NCBI GenBank assembly: GCA_041745615.1
Contig: JBGTIP010000017.1
Span: 48,420 to 112,419, forward strand
Direction: 5' to 3'
Length of the DNA: 64,000 nucleotides
DNA from: Pyrinomonadaceae bacterium
Lineage (GTDB): Bacteria > Acidobacteriota > Blastocatellia > Pyrinomonadales > Pyrinomonadaceae
Shown here: in pieces, positions 52,049 to 61,104 of the stretch
How positions within the stretch are numbered: position 1 is the first letter of the stretch
How the letters are laid out: every line of letters begins with the position of its first letter
Notes under the pieces: generated by a model
The model's database searches: none
What the model was told of the DNA's origin: nothing
Seen by the model: the letters and a program-made list of their open reading frames with translations, nothing else
Made by a program: the position numbers and the translations under genes

Positions 52049-53179
52049 ATGACGAAAGAAACGCAACCCGTTCGTACCGGCGAAGAGATCGAGATTGATC
52101 CGCTTCGTGCCTATCTGCGCACCGAGCTTGGCCTTGTCGGCGATGAAATTGAGGTTGAACAATTTCCTGCCGGCAGTTCGAATCTGACGTATCTCGTCCG
52201 CGTAGAGGGCGGCGAGTATGTGCTTCGGCGGCCTCCTTTCGGCAACACCGTGAAGACGGCCCATGACATGGGACGTGAGTACAACGTGCTATCGAAACTG
52301 TCTCAGGTTTACGCACCGGCACCAAAGCCGCTTCTGTACTGCAGCGACGAGCAGGTCATCGGGTCCGAGTTCTATCTCATGGAACGCCGCCGCGGCATCA
52401 TCATCCGCGGCTGTGTCAGTAGCCCGACCGTTAGGGAGGGCGCAGGTGAAGAAGACTCAGGCCAAGGTTTCGAGACCAACGCGATCACTGCCGATGAACT
52501 CGCATCCACCCAGGATGCACGCCTTTCCGTTTGCCGCAGCTTCATTGAGACACTCGCGGATCTTCACGCGATCGACCTCAAAGAAGCGCAACTCGACGGT
52601 CTTGGAAAACCCGAGGGTTACTGCCTGAGACAGGTCGAGGGTTGGTCTCGACGGTATTTCAATGCAAAGACCGACGATCACCCCGAACTCGAGCAGGCCA
52701 TCACCTGGCTCAACGACAACATACGAGTTGAGACAGGAGCATCGATCATCCACAACGATTACAAATTCGATAACGTGATGCTCGACCCGGCGGACCTGAG
52801 ACGAGTCGCTGCAGTGCTCGATTGGGAGATGGCCACCGTCGGCGATCCGCTGATGGATCTTGGGACGACCTTAGGTTACTGGATGTCACCCGACGCTCCG
52901 GACGAACTTTTGAACATGCCGTTCAACCCGCGAGTGCTGATGCAAAATGTGAGACGATCGGATCTCGTCGAAATGTACGCTGAGACGAGCGGTAGGGAAG
53001 TGCCCGACATGCTCTTCTATTACGTGTTTGGGACATTCAAGATCGCGGTCATTGCACAGCAGATCTATGCACGGTATAAAAAGGGATTTACCAGAGACAA
53101 ACGGTTCGCCGGCTTCGACAAATTCGTCGGGGCACTTGGGACGATTGCCTCAAACGCTATCCGGCGGCAGAGGTTATAG
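52049..53179 (+). CDS. Aminoglycoside-phosphotransferase-fold kinase (ACAD10/11 N-domain-like, LvaA-like)
   Basis: ORF 51965-53179 with start at ATG 52049 (MTKETQPV...). Brenner motif IIHNDYKFDNVML and VLDWEMATVGDPLMDL. Confidence 0.8.
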   Translation: MTKETQPVRTGEEIEIDPLRAYLRTELGLVGDEIEVEQFPAGSSNLTYLVRVEGGEYVLRRPPFGNTVKTAHDMGREYNVLSKLSQVYAPAPKPLLYCSDEQVIGSEFYLMERRRGIIIRGCVSSPTVREGAGEEDSGQGFETNAITADELASTQDARLSVCRSFIETLADLHAIDLKEAQLDGLGKPEGYCLRQVEGWSRRYFNAKTDDHPELEQAITWLNDNIRVETGASIIHNDYKFDNVMLDPADLRRVAAVLDWEMATVGDPLMDLGTTLGYWMSPDAPDELLNMPFNPRVLMQNVRRSDLVEMYAETSGREVPDMLFYYVFGTFKIAVIAQQIYARYKKGFTRDKRFAGFDKFVGALGTIASNAIRRQRL

Positions 53180-53205
53180 CTGAAACTGCCCTGGAACAGA
53201 ATATT

Positions 53206-53296
53206 CAGTGGGTAGTGGATAATGGATAGTGGCTAGTTGGGACAGAATTGTGGACTGCGATCTTACTACCCACTATCCACTTGTCACTATCCACTG
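53206..53296. repeat. Inverted pair of heptad arrays (YAGTGGA family) forming a long imperfect hairpin
   Basis: Left arm: CAGTGGG TAGTGGA TAATGGA TAGTGGC TAGTTGG (53206-53240). Right arm read on the reverse strand: CAGTGGA TAGTGAC AAGTGGA TAGTGGG TAGTAAG (53296-53262). 21-nt spacer. Confidence 0.85.
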
Positions 53297-53341
53297 TATA
53301 AAAATTACCGATAGGCGTTTCGGTCATATACTTCGATACAA

Positions 53342-54538
53342 ATGAACCTCACACAGTCAGACATATCCCGTGAATATCTCGAACGGCTACGCTCCTTCAT
53401 GCGCGAGCACGTTTACCCTAACGAACAGGCGTATTGGGACGAGCTCAATACCGGGAACCGCTGGCAGCCGCTAAAGCTCATTGAGGACCTGAAAGCCAAG
53501 GCAAAGGGCCACGACCTGTGGAACCTTTTCCTTCCCGACATTTCCGGCCTGACTAATTTGGAATATGCTCCGCTTGCTGAGGAGATGGGACGAGTCGTCT
53601 GGGCATCCGAAGTTTTCAATTGCTCGGCCCCGGATACGGGCAACATGGAGGTCCTCCATCTTTACGGTTCTCCTGAGCAAAAGCTGCAATGGCTGCGTCC
53701 GCTGCTCGAGGGCGAGATCCGTTCTTGTTTTGCGATGACGGAGCCTGATGTTGCGTCTTCGGATGCGACTAATATTCGCGGTTCGATAATTAGAGACGGC
53801 GACGAATATATCATTAACGGCCGCAAGTGGTGGTCGACCGGCGGCGGTGACGAGCGCTGCAAACTAGCGATCTTCATGGGGAAAACCGATGAGACGGCGT
53901 CGCGGCATTTGCAGCAGTCGATGATCCTTGTCCCAATGGATGCCGGCGGCGTAAAGGTCGAGCGGATGCTCAATGTTTTTGGCTACGATGATGCGCCGCT
54001 GGGCCACGCCGAGATCAGGTTCACGAACGTCCGCGTTCCGAAGGAAAATTTGCTTCTCGGCGAAGGCCGTGGATTCGAGATCGCTCAAGGCCGCCTGGGC
54101 CCCGGCCGCGTGCATCACTGCATGCGTTTGATCGGCATCGCCGAACGTTCGCTCGAACTAATGTGCGACAGGGCAAAGGCCCGCGTTGCCTTTGGCAAGA
54201 CGCTCGCCGAGCAGGGCGTAATTCGGCAATGGATCGCCGAATCCCGGCTGGCGATCGAACAAGCCCGTCTGCTCGTCCTGAAAACCGCCTGGATGATGGA
54301 CACAGCAGGGAACAAGGCGGCGCGCCGCGAGATCGCAATGATCAAGGCAGCGGTCCCCAAAACGGCACTAAACGTGATCGACCGGGCGATCCAGGCCCAC
54401 GGCGGCGGCGGAGTCTCACAGGATCATCCGCTTGCACAGTATTGGATCTATGCCCGCACGCTTCGTTTGGCCGACGGTCCGGATGAGGTGCATTTGGAGT
54501 CTATCGCTAGGTCAGAATTAAAGCCTTCCGGGGGCTGA
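53342..54538 (+). CDS. Acyl-CoA dehydrogenase (ACAD10/11 C-domain-like)
   Basis: 398 aa. [20 protein letters not shown](R)KWWSTG and the C-terminal QAHGGGG...[10 protein letters not shown] pattern typical of the ACAD10/11-type subfamily. Confidence 0.85.
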   Translation: MNLTQSDISREYLERLRSFMREHVYPNEQAYWDELNTGNRWQPLKLIEDLKAKAKGHDLWNLFLPDISGLTNLEYAPLAEEMGRVVWASEVFNCSAPDTGNMEVLHLYGSPEQKLQWLRPLLEGEIRSCFAMTEPDVASSDATNIRGSIIRDGDEYIINGRKWWSTGGGDERCKLAIFMGKTDETASRHLQQSMILVPMDAGGVKVERMLNVFGYDDAPLGHAEIRFTNVRVPKENLLLGEGRGFEIAQGRLGPGRVHHCMRLIGIAERSLELMCDRAKARVAFGKTLAEQGVIRQWIAESRLAIEQARLLVLKTAWMMDTAGNKAARREIAMIKAAVPKTALNVIDRAIQAHGGGGVSQDHPLAQYWIYARTLRLADGPDEVHLESIARSELKPSGG

Positions 54539-54671
54539 TTCTTTATTACTCATATTCATCGGCCAAATTTTCCGAGTTCCTCCCGCCCTTTAAATAAGTC
54601 AATTTGACCGATTGGGGTACTACAAACTGAATAACTTTCTTTCATTTTGCGTTAAACAGCGTAAAATCTTG

Positions 54672-54700
54672 TTGACAGGCATTGTGCTTTCCTGTAACTT
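54672..54700 (+). promoter_or_regulatory. Weak sigma70-type promoter candidate upstream of pilM
   Basis: -35 TTGACA (54672-54677), 17-nt spacer, -10 TAACTT (54695-54700). Would give a ~280-nt leader. Confidence 0.25.
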
Positions 54701-54987
54701 TTAATAGTCACGACCAAACGTCGGACACCTTCGCCACCGAAGGCGGCAAAGTTTTCTAATATACACAATTCCGATGATCGCGATCCGTGATCGAAAACAT
54801 CCGAAAAACAAGTGGGTTTTCGCACATCAGTAGTAGACCTGTCGAATGACTTCCCCCCGCTGTCCAAGATCTCAGAAGGTGGCCAAAAAACCTCAGAATC
54901 GACAACCTGCTTTTCGGATGGGAATAGAAAGCTTTGAATCTCAGAACGCGTCTGATCGGACGCTAATTTAAGGAGCAACAAAAAAAA

Positions 54988-56037
54988 ATGTTCGGTAAAA
55001 AGAAGAGCGTCGCGGGCCTGGACATAGGCTCCAGCTCGATAAAGATGGTCGAATTAAGCGGCAAGCTGAATAACCTTAATCTAGTCAGCCTCGGATTCGA
55101 GAATCTTCCCGGTGACACAATAATTGACGGACAAATAATGGAGCTCAATGTAGTTTCAGATGTTATCCAGAATGTCTGCGTTAACCACCAGGTCTCGGCC
55201 GAACGCGTCGTTACCGGAGTTAGCGGCCATTCGGTGATCCTAAAGAATATCGTGCTTCCACCGATGACCCACGAGGAACTGGAAGAATCGATCGATTGGC
55301 ACGCCGAGGAGCACATCCCGTATGACCTCGCCGATGTAAGCCTCGATTACCAGGTAACAGCGGAATTTCCCGACGCTACCCATGTTTTGATCGCGGCGTG
55401 CAAGCGGGATCGGATCGACAACATCCGTCAGGCGATCCAGCTCGCGGGAAAGACGGCAGTGGTCATCGACGTTGATACATTTGCCCTTCAGAACTGCTAC
55501 GAAGTGAATTATCAGCCGGGCGAAAACGATGTGGTAACGCTCCTTAACATCGGTGCTTCGACCATGAACGTAAATATTGTTAAAGGCACCCGCTCACTGT
55601 TCACCCGTGACATCACGGTCGGCGGCAGCCAGTTCACCGATGTGCTACAGAGAAGCCTGGGCCTCAACTTTCAGCAGGCCGAGGCGGTAAAACGAGGCGT
55701 AGCCGACGCCGTTGACGGCCTCGAAGAAAAATCAATCGAGCCGCTCATGAATAATGTTACCGAGATCGTGGCGATGGAGATCCAGAAAACATTCGATTTT
55801 TACCGTGCGACCACCGAAGACACTGAAACAGTGGTGCAGAAGATCCTCATTTCAGGCGGCGGATCAAAGCTCACCGGCCTTTCACAGGAGCTGTCAGCCA
55901 GACTTGAGCTTCCGGTCGAAGTGCTGGATCCATTCCGGAACATTAACGTCGATACCAAGAAATTCGATCCCGAGTACCTCAGCGAGATAGTGCCGGAAAT
56001 GGCCGTGGCTGTAGGACTGGCCGTAAGGGGAGTGTAA
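54988..56037 (+). CDS. pilM: Type IV pilus assembly protein PilM (actin-like ATPase fold)
   Basis: 349 aa. GLDIGSSSIKMVEL start, followed by IDVDTFAL and ILISGGGSKL. AAGGAG RBS upstream. First gene of the pilMNOPQ order. Confidence 0.85.
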   Translation: MFGKKKSVAGLDIGSSSIKMVELSGKLNNLNLVSLGFENLPGDTIIDGQIMELNVVSDVIQNVCVNHQVSAERVVTGVSGHSVILKNIVLPPMTHEELEESIDWHAEEHIPYDLADVSLDYQVTAEFPDATHVLIAACKRDRIDNIRQAIQLAGKTAVVIDVDTFALQNCYEVNYQPGENDVVTLLNIGASTMNVNIVKGTRSLFTRDITVGGSQFTDVLQRSLGLNFQQAEAVKRGVADAVDGLEEKSIEPLMNNVTEIVAMEIQKTFDFYRATTEDTETVVQKILISGGGSKLTGLSQELSARLELPVEVLDPFRNINVDTKKFDPEYLSEIVPEMAVAVGLAVRGV

Positions 56038-56041
56038 ACAG

Positions 56042-56758
56042 ATGATCAAGATCAACCTATTAAATTCTGTCACCGAAAGGCAAAGCGGAACTGTCCTCGC
56101 GGTAGACCGCAAGGTCTCAAGCGCGGCATCGCGCCTGGCGCTGACTTCAGTAGTAGTCGTCTTCCTGCTCGCGGCGGTCATTGGCTGGGATGTCATTAGC
56201 ACCCAGATGGCAAAAACTGAAGCCGAACGCCAGCTCGATGAGCAAAAACAGATCGCGGCCGAGCTCGAGGTTGTAATGAACGAGCAGAAAGATCTGGAGC
56301 TAAAGATCGCGAATATCGACAAAAGAATAGAAGCGATCAAGTCTCTGAGGTCTTCGCAGGCAGGTCCGAGTGCTGTTCTCGATGCGATGCGCGAGCGCAT
56401 CGCGATGGTTCCCGGGCTCTATATCGAAAGTATCGAGCAATCGGGCGAGGGGCTTGTAGTTAAAGGCAATTCGCCGGACGAATCGCAGGTCACACAGTTT
56501 GGCCGCAGCCTGGAATTCTCCAACGGCCTATTCTCAAACCTGAATATCGAAACGGTTAGGGCCGAGATACAGAATCAAAATGCTGCCGTGACAACCGGCG
56601 GCAACCCGGACGCAGGTAAAATGCAGATCGTTAACTTCACGATCAGGTGTGCCTATACCCCATCTAAAGCAGCAGGGGCGAATAACGGCAACCCAACGAC
56701 CGCTGCCGCACAGGCCACGGGCACTGCAGCCCAGGGCACTCAGATTGCTCAGAACTGA
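56042..56758 (+). CDS. pilN: Type IV pilus assembly protein PilN
   Basis: 238 aa. MIKINLL start, single TM helix, coiled coil. Position is after pilM. Confidence 0.75.
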   Translation: MIKINLLNSVTERQSGTVLAVDRKVSSAASRLALTSVVVVFLLAAVIGWDVISTQMAKTEAERQLDEQKQIAAELEVVMNEQKDLELKIANIDKRIEAIKSLRSSQAGPSAVLDAMRERIAMVPGLYIESIEQSGEGLVVKGNSPDESQVTQFGRSLEFSNGLFSNLNIETVRAEIQNQNAAVTTGGNPDAGKMQIVNFTIRCAYTPSKAAGANNGNPTTAAAQATGTAAQGTQIAQN

Positions 56759-56790
56759 TCAGCTAAAGTCCAGACTAAAAGGAAATCAAC

Positions 56791-57435
56791 ATGTTAGAGA
56801 AAATCAAGAATTTGAAGTGGCACTTTCAATTGATCCTCCTGGTTTCGATCGCCGCCATGGTCTATATGAGCGTGTGGTACTTCGTTACCAGCGAAACCCG
56901 CGCCGAGATAGCCGTGCTTTCCGACCAGGTATCGCAGCTGCAGGCCAAGAACGAGGCCGCAAAGGTCGCCACCCAGCGGATCAACGAATTTCGCGCACTC
57001 TACTCGAGCAAGGCCGAGGAATACGAGGAACTTAAGGTGCTTCTGCCCGAGCAGCGGGAGATCACCAACGTCCTTCAGGGCCTGCAGGACACGGCAAACG
57101 GCAGCCGGATGGTCGTAATGCGGTTCGCTCCTCGTGACGATACGCAGCAGGATTCGATAATGGCCAAGCCGGTCGAGATCGAGGTGGACAGCAACTTCCA
57201 AAATCTCCAGGCATTTTTCCAAAGTATGGCAAAGCTCCCGAGGATCGTTTCTATCACCGATTTCAAGATCAATCAGCTGGAGAAACAGACGGAAACCAAA
57301 ACGCTGCACGCCCAGTTTTTGCTGACGGCCTATTACGCGGCTCCTTCAGATCTAAATCCGGCTGCGGCTCCTGCCACGCCTGGAGCTCCGGCTACGCCAG
57401 GCGCTCCTGCCCCGGCCGTGCCGCCCGCTAACTAG
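56791..57435 (+). CDS. pilO: Type IV pilus assembly protein PilO
   Basis: 214 aa. TM helix, coiled coil, C-terminal LPRIVSITDFKI motif. Position in the operon. Confidence 0.7.
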   Translation: MLEKIKNLKWHFQLILLVSIAAMVYMSVWYFVTSETRAEIAVLSDQVSQLQAKNEAAKVATQRINEFRALYSSKAEEYEELKVLLPEQREITNVLQGLQDTANGSRMVVMRFAPRDDTQQDSIMAKPVEIEVDSNFQNLQAFFQSMAKLPRIVSITDFKINQLEKQTETKTLHAQFLLTAYYAAPSDLNPAAAPATPGAPATPGAPAPAVPPAN

Positions 57436-57475
57436 TCCTACCCGCCCGCTTACCTGAAATAGAGAGAATATCGTC

Positions 57476-58243
57476 ATGATCAATATATCGATACTGAAAC
57501 GCTTAGCCTGTCTAACCGCGACCGCATTTGTTTTCGTGGCCATCAACGGATGTCTTTCGGAAGTCAGTGCCCAGCGGGACCCATTTAAGAAACCAGGATG
57601 GGCGACACCCAGGACGCCATCAACAGGCTCGCCTGGCGCAGTAGGAAAGCCCCCGGCGCCCCCCAAGGTTCCGGTGAATTACGGGCCGCCGGCGATCGAA
57701 GCCCGCATCGACTATTATAAAAAGGTCAGGGAAGCCGCGGTAGCAAATGGCACCGAACCCCCAAAAGTGACCAGCGTGCTGACCCTTAACGAAATGTCCG
57801 TGACCGGCATTTTCAAGACCCCCCGAGGCTACGCGGCTATGGTCGAGGCGACCCCGATCAAACTTTCATACACCATTTATCCGGGTGAGAAATTCTTCGA
57901 CGGGCAATTGGTAGCCGTTGAGGAAAATCGCCTTGTCTTTCGCAAAGTTACCAAGGTCGGCGAGGGCAAATTCGTTGCATCGGTCGAAAACAAGCCTTTG
58001 CAGCAGTACTCTACAAAAGCTCAGATCGAGGGAACAGCCCCGGTACAGACCTCTGAAAAACCGGTCGAAACTGCGAGTGTAACGCCCGCCCCCGATGCCG
58101 CAGCAAAGCCGACATCAAACCCGTTTCTCTCTCCGCTGGATGAGATGAATCGACAGCCCGCCCCCACCGAAAGTGAAAGTAAAGACACCAAGAAACCTGC
58201 CCGGAAACCGGTAGTTACCGCGAAGAAATCCGGTCGTCAATGA
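57476..58243 (+). CDS. pilP: PilP-like pilus assembly lipoprotein
   Basis: 255 aa. Signal/lipobox-like AINGCLS. Core MSVTGIFKTPRGYAAMVEA...YPGEKFFDGQLVAVEENRLVFRK resembles PilP. Position between pilO and pilQ. Confidence 0.55.
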   Translation: MINISILKRLACLTATAFVFVAINGCLSEVSAQRDPFKKPGWATPRTPSTGSPGAVGKPPAPPKVPVNYGPPAIEARIDYYKKVREAAVANGTEPPKVTSVLTLNEMSVTGIFKTPRGYAAMVEATPIKLSYTIYPGEKFFDGQLVAVEENRLVFRKVTKVGEGKFVASVENKPLQQYSTKAQIEGTAPVQTSEKPVETASVTPAPDAAAKPTSNPFLSPLDEMNRQPAPTESESKDTKKPARKPVVTAKKSGRQ

Positions 58244-58305
58244 CCACATATACCCACCATCAGATCTCATCAACGAGAAACGGTTGTTCTAGTAACGGAG
58301 GAAAC

Positions 58306-60003
58306 ATGAATTTTCTTATCAGAATTCGCGCCGCGGCCATAATGGCTGTGTTCGCAATCACCATCGTCGGCAGCTTTGCTGTCACGATCCAGGCTCAGAC
58401 CACAGACCCTCAAAACCAGGGCCGAAAATACGGCGAGCCGGGATTTCGCGGTGAACCCATTAATCTAAATGTTGTCAACGCCGACATCAGGGATATTCTC
58501 AGCTATATCACGGACCAGTACGGCATCAATTTCGTGATGGACCGTTCCGTCAAAGAAGTTCCGGTGACCGTAAAGGTAAACGATGTGCCATGGAATATCG
58601 CCCTGGATTCTATACTCCAGGCTCAGGAACTCGGTGTCCAGGTAAATGGCAACATCCTCCGCATCGCTGACAATAAGACGTTGGCGAGCGAAGGTGAGCT
58701 TTACCGCGACCGGCAGAACAATCAACTCGATACTTCGCCGCTGATCACTGAGCTGGTCCGGCTCAACTATGCCACCGTTTCGGGTGGTGCCACGCCCGGA
58801 GCAACCACGAGTGGAACGACTGTTGGCGGTGGCGGTGGCGGTGGCGCGATGAGTTCAGGTATCAACGCCGCCAGCGCGATCCAGTCAGGTGGAGGAGGCG
58901 GAGCCTCAGCCCAGGGCGGATCCGACGGCGGGTTGCTGCCCATCATCAAGAGAAGGTTGTCCCGTCGGGGCTCGGTCGAGGTCGACTCCCGTACAAACGC
59001 TCTCATAATCACGGATGTGTCCGCCAACGTCGATGCGATCAAGCAGCTTATCGCGATCCTCGACCAGCCTGAACCTCAGGTCGAGATCGAGGCCCGCATC
59101 GTTGTTGCCACCCGCAGCTTCAGCAGGGATATCGGTGTGCAGTTAACAGCCCTTCTCAACGGTGCCAGGGGCAGCGGTATCGTCGGCGGAACGCTTCCAG
59201 GCGTTACAACCACTCTTCCCCCGTCGTTAGCCCCGAACCCATCTATCAGCGGTGACCTCGCGTCAAGGATCGCGAATACAGCTATAGGGCTCACAACCGG
59301 TGTATTCGGCACGGCGCAGTTGTCGGCCATGATCTCTGCCGGTGAACAGAAGGGCCAGGCCAAGATCATCGCAACGCCACGCGTTACGGCTCTCAATAAT
59401 CAAAAGGCCGAGATCAAAAGCTCGACCCAGATACCGATCGTCACCATTCAGCCCGGCACTGGCGGCGGAGCTGCCGTTGCCACAACTGAATACGTGGATG
59501 TGCCTCTTAAGCTCGAGATAACACCTCAGATCACGGACCAGGGAACGGTCACACTGACCGTAACCGCCGAAAACAGTTCGACGGCGGCCATTGTGGGCAA
59601 CTCTGCTCCGGCTATCAACAGCCAGAGCATGAAAACGCAGGTGATAGTGCCGGACGGCGGTACGACGATCGTTGGCGGCGTGGTTTTCGATGACGAGCGT
59701 GACAGTCAGGACCGTACACCCGGACTTGCGAGCATTCCGATCCTCGGAAATCTCTTCAAGCGAAAGGGCGTTCAACGCAACACGAATGAGATCCTCTTCT
59801 TTATCACCCCACGGATCTCACGGCCGGATTATGCATTGGTAAATCAATCGAACGCTCCTAAGAGCGGCCCGATCGTTCAGCCGGTGCCGATGGGAAATCC
59901 CCCATCGAATTCGCAGCCGACAATCGAAACTCAGAATCCGGTTGTCCTTCAGTCGCCGGGAGTTCCGCGGCCGCAAGCCGGCCCGGGTACCCAGAACAAG
60001 TAA
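58306..60003 (+). CDS. pilQ: Type IV pilus secretin PilQ
   Basis: ORF 58240-60003 with start moved to ATG 58306 (GGAGG 5 nt upstream; MNFLIRIRAAAIMAVFAITIV signal). Secretin C-domain motifs: IATPRVTALNNQKAEI, VPDGGTTIVGGV, PGLASIPILGNLF, ILFFITPRI. Confidence 0.85.
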   Translation: MNFLIRIRAAAIMAVFAITIVGSFAVTIQAQTTDPQNQGRKYGEPGFRGEPINLNVVNADIRDILSYITDQYGINFVMDRSVKEVPVTVKVNDVPWNIALDSILQAQELGVQVNGNILRIADNKTLASEGELYRDRQNNQLDTSPLITELVRLNYATVSGGATPGATTSGTTVGGGGGGGAMSSGINAASAIQSGGGGGASAQGGSDGGLLPIIKRRLSRRGSVEVDSRTNALIITDVSANVDAIKQLIAILDQPEPQVEIEARIVVATRSFSRDIGVQLTALLNGARGSGIVGGTLPGVTTTLPPSLAPNPSISGDLASRIANTAIGLTTGVFGTAQLSAMISAGEQKGQAKIIATPRVTALNNQKAEIKSSTQIPIVTIQPGTGGGAAVATTEYVDVPLKLEITPQITDQGTVTLTVTAENSSTAAIVGNSAPAINSQSMKTQVIVPDGGTTIVGGVVFDDERDSQDRTPGLASIPILGNLFKRKGVQRNTNEILFFITPRISRPDYALVNQSNAPKSGPIVQPVPMGNPPSNSQPTIETQNPVVLQSPGVPRPQAGPGTQNK

Positions 60004-60040
60004 CAAGCTTGTTCTGAACCAAGTCGAATGTTTCTTCCGA

Positions 60041-60073
60041 GTGCCCGCCAGAGCGATCTGGCGGGCACTTTTT
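60041..60073 (+). terminator. Rho-independent terminator after pilQ
   Basis: GTGCCCGCCAG (60041-60051) pairs perfectly with CTGGCGGGCAC (60058-60068), with a 6-nt loop, followed by TTTTT (60069-60073). Confidence 0.7.
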
Positions 60074-60081
60074 ATGCAATA

Positions 60082-60951
60082 TTACTCGAGGCCATGAAAA
60101 TCGACGTCGGTAAGGTCCGAGGAGGGGGCAACAGACCGGGATTGAAATCGGTACCTTTTCGACGAGACCGTGATCAGATACGTCTGGCCCGTTGGAACCT
60201 GTGTGAAAGTATAGAAGCCGAGGGAATTGGTCAGGATCACAGTTCCCGAGCCATCTTCCTTGATCAGCCGGACCAATGCGTTTCGCAGCCCAAGACCGCC
60301 GGCGGTAAATACCTGGCCGCTGATCGTGGCCGTGGACGCTCCGGCCTGAACTATTTCCGAGGTGGTGTAGATGAAATCTCCCGAGGGTGAACCATCACCG
60401 TTGGCGGCATTTCCGGCAGCGAAAAAACTGACCTCGCCTGCGGGTTCGGCTGGTGCCGTCCAAACAAATGTCCATGAATTCGATCCGAAGGTCGTATCGA
60501 TGAGTCCGTCAACCGTATGTTGTACATAATGCCGGAGATTGCCATCAACGATGTTGTTGACGATCTGCGATCTGGGGGGATTCTCTGTCGGGAGCGAAAA
60601 GCCTCCAACCGTGGTGCCGGAGCTATCGATCGCCGTAAGTTGGAATCCGTAAACTACGGCATCTTCCTGGGCCGCGACCACGGTAATCGGGATCTGCTGG
60701 CCGGGCAAATAGGTCTGAGGAAGCCCCGAGATCTGAATGCTCCCGCCTCCGCTATTTACCGGCGAACCGATGTGGCACGCCGCGCAGTTTGACTCCAGCG
60801 GAGCGTTTGTAAATGACGGCGACGGCCCCGATGCTGACGCGAACGCCACAGGCCTTTCGGAAGTCATCGTGAAGACCGCCAAAGAAACGATAAAAAAGCT
60901 GATAACCGCGATCTTGAACCGAATCTTTTTCCGAGATCTGACCGTGTTCAT
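60082..60951 (-). CDS. Secreted protein with a single CxxCH motif and a C-terminal CarboxypepD_reg-like domain
   Basis: 289 aa. Signal peptide. NCAACHIG (CxxCH), beta-rich middle (YGFQLTAIDSSG ... AAGNAANGDGSPSGD). The C-terminal ISGQVFTAGGLGLRNALVRL...YLITVSSKRYRFQSRSV...DVDFHGLE is shared with the neighbouring protease. Confidence 0.6.
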   Translation of the reverse strand: MNTVRSRKKIRFKIAVISFFIVSLAVFTMTSERPVAFASASGPSPSFTNAPLESNCAACHIGSPVNSGGGSIQISGLPQTYLPGQQIPITVVAAQEDAVVYGFQLTAIDSSGTTVGGFSLPTENPPRSQIVNNIVDGNLRHYVQHTVDGLIDTTFGSNSWTFVWTAPAEPAGEVSFFAAGNAANGDGSPSGDFIYTTSEIVQAGASTATISGQVFTAGGLGLRNALVRLIKEDGSGTVILTNSLGFYTFTQVPTGQTYLITVSSKRYRFQSRSVAPSSDLTDVDFHGLE

Positions 60952-61038
60952 AAAAAGGCTCCTATGAAAGAACTTTACTTTTGATGGTTCGAAATGCCAT
61001 CTGGCCTAAGTTTATCGAGATCGATTTACCGAGGGGCC

Positions 61039-61081
61039 AAAACAAATTCCGGTCTGACACATCGACTGCGGCAGACCGGAA
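61039..61081 (-). terminator. Rho-independent terminator of the M36 protease gene (minus strand)
   Basis: Read on the minus strand: TTCCGGTCTG - 15-nt loop - CAGACCGGAA followed by TTTGTTTT. Plus-strand arms are at 61047-61056 and 61072-61081. Lies 24 nt after the stop at 61105. Confidence 0.65.
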
Positions 61082-61104
61082 AGTTGACAAATAAATCGGC
61101 TCAA

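Noticed and set aside
54652-55316. Minus-strand ORFs 54652-54981 and 54963-55316
   Set aside because: The first lies in the pilM upstream region with non-coding-like composition and no RBS. The second is antisense to pilM.
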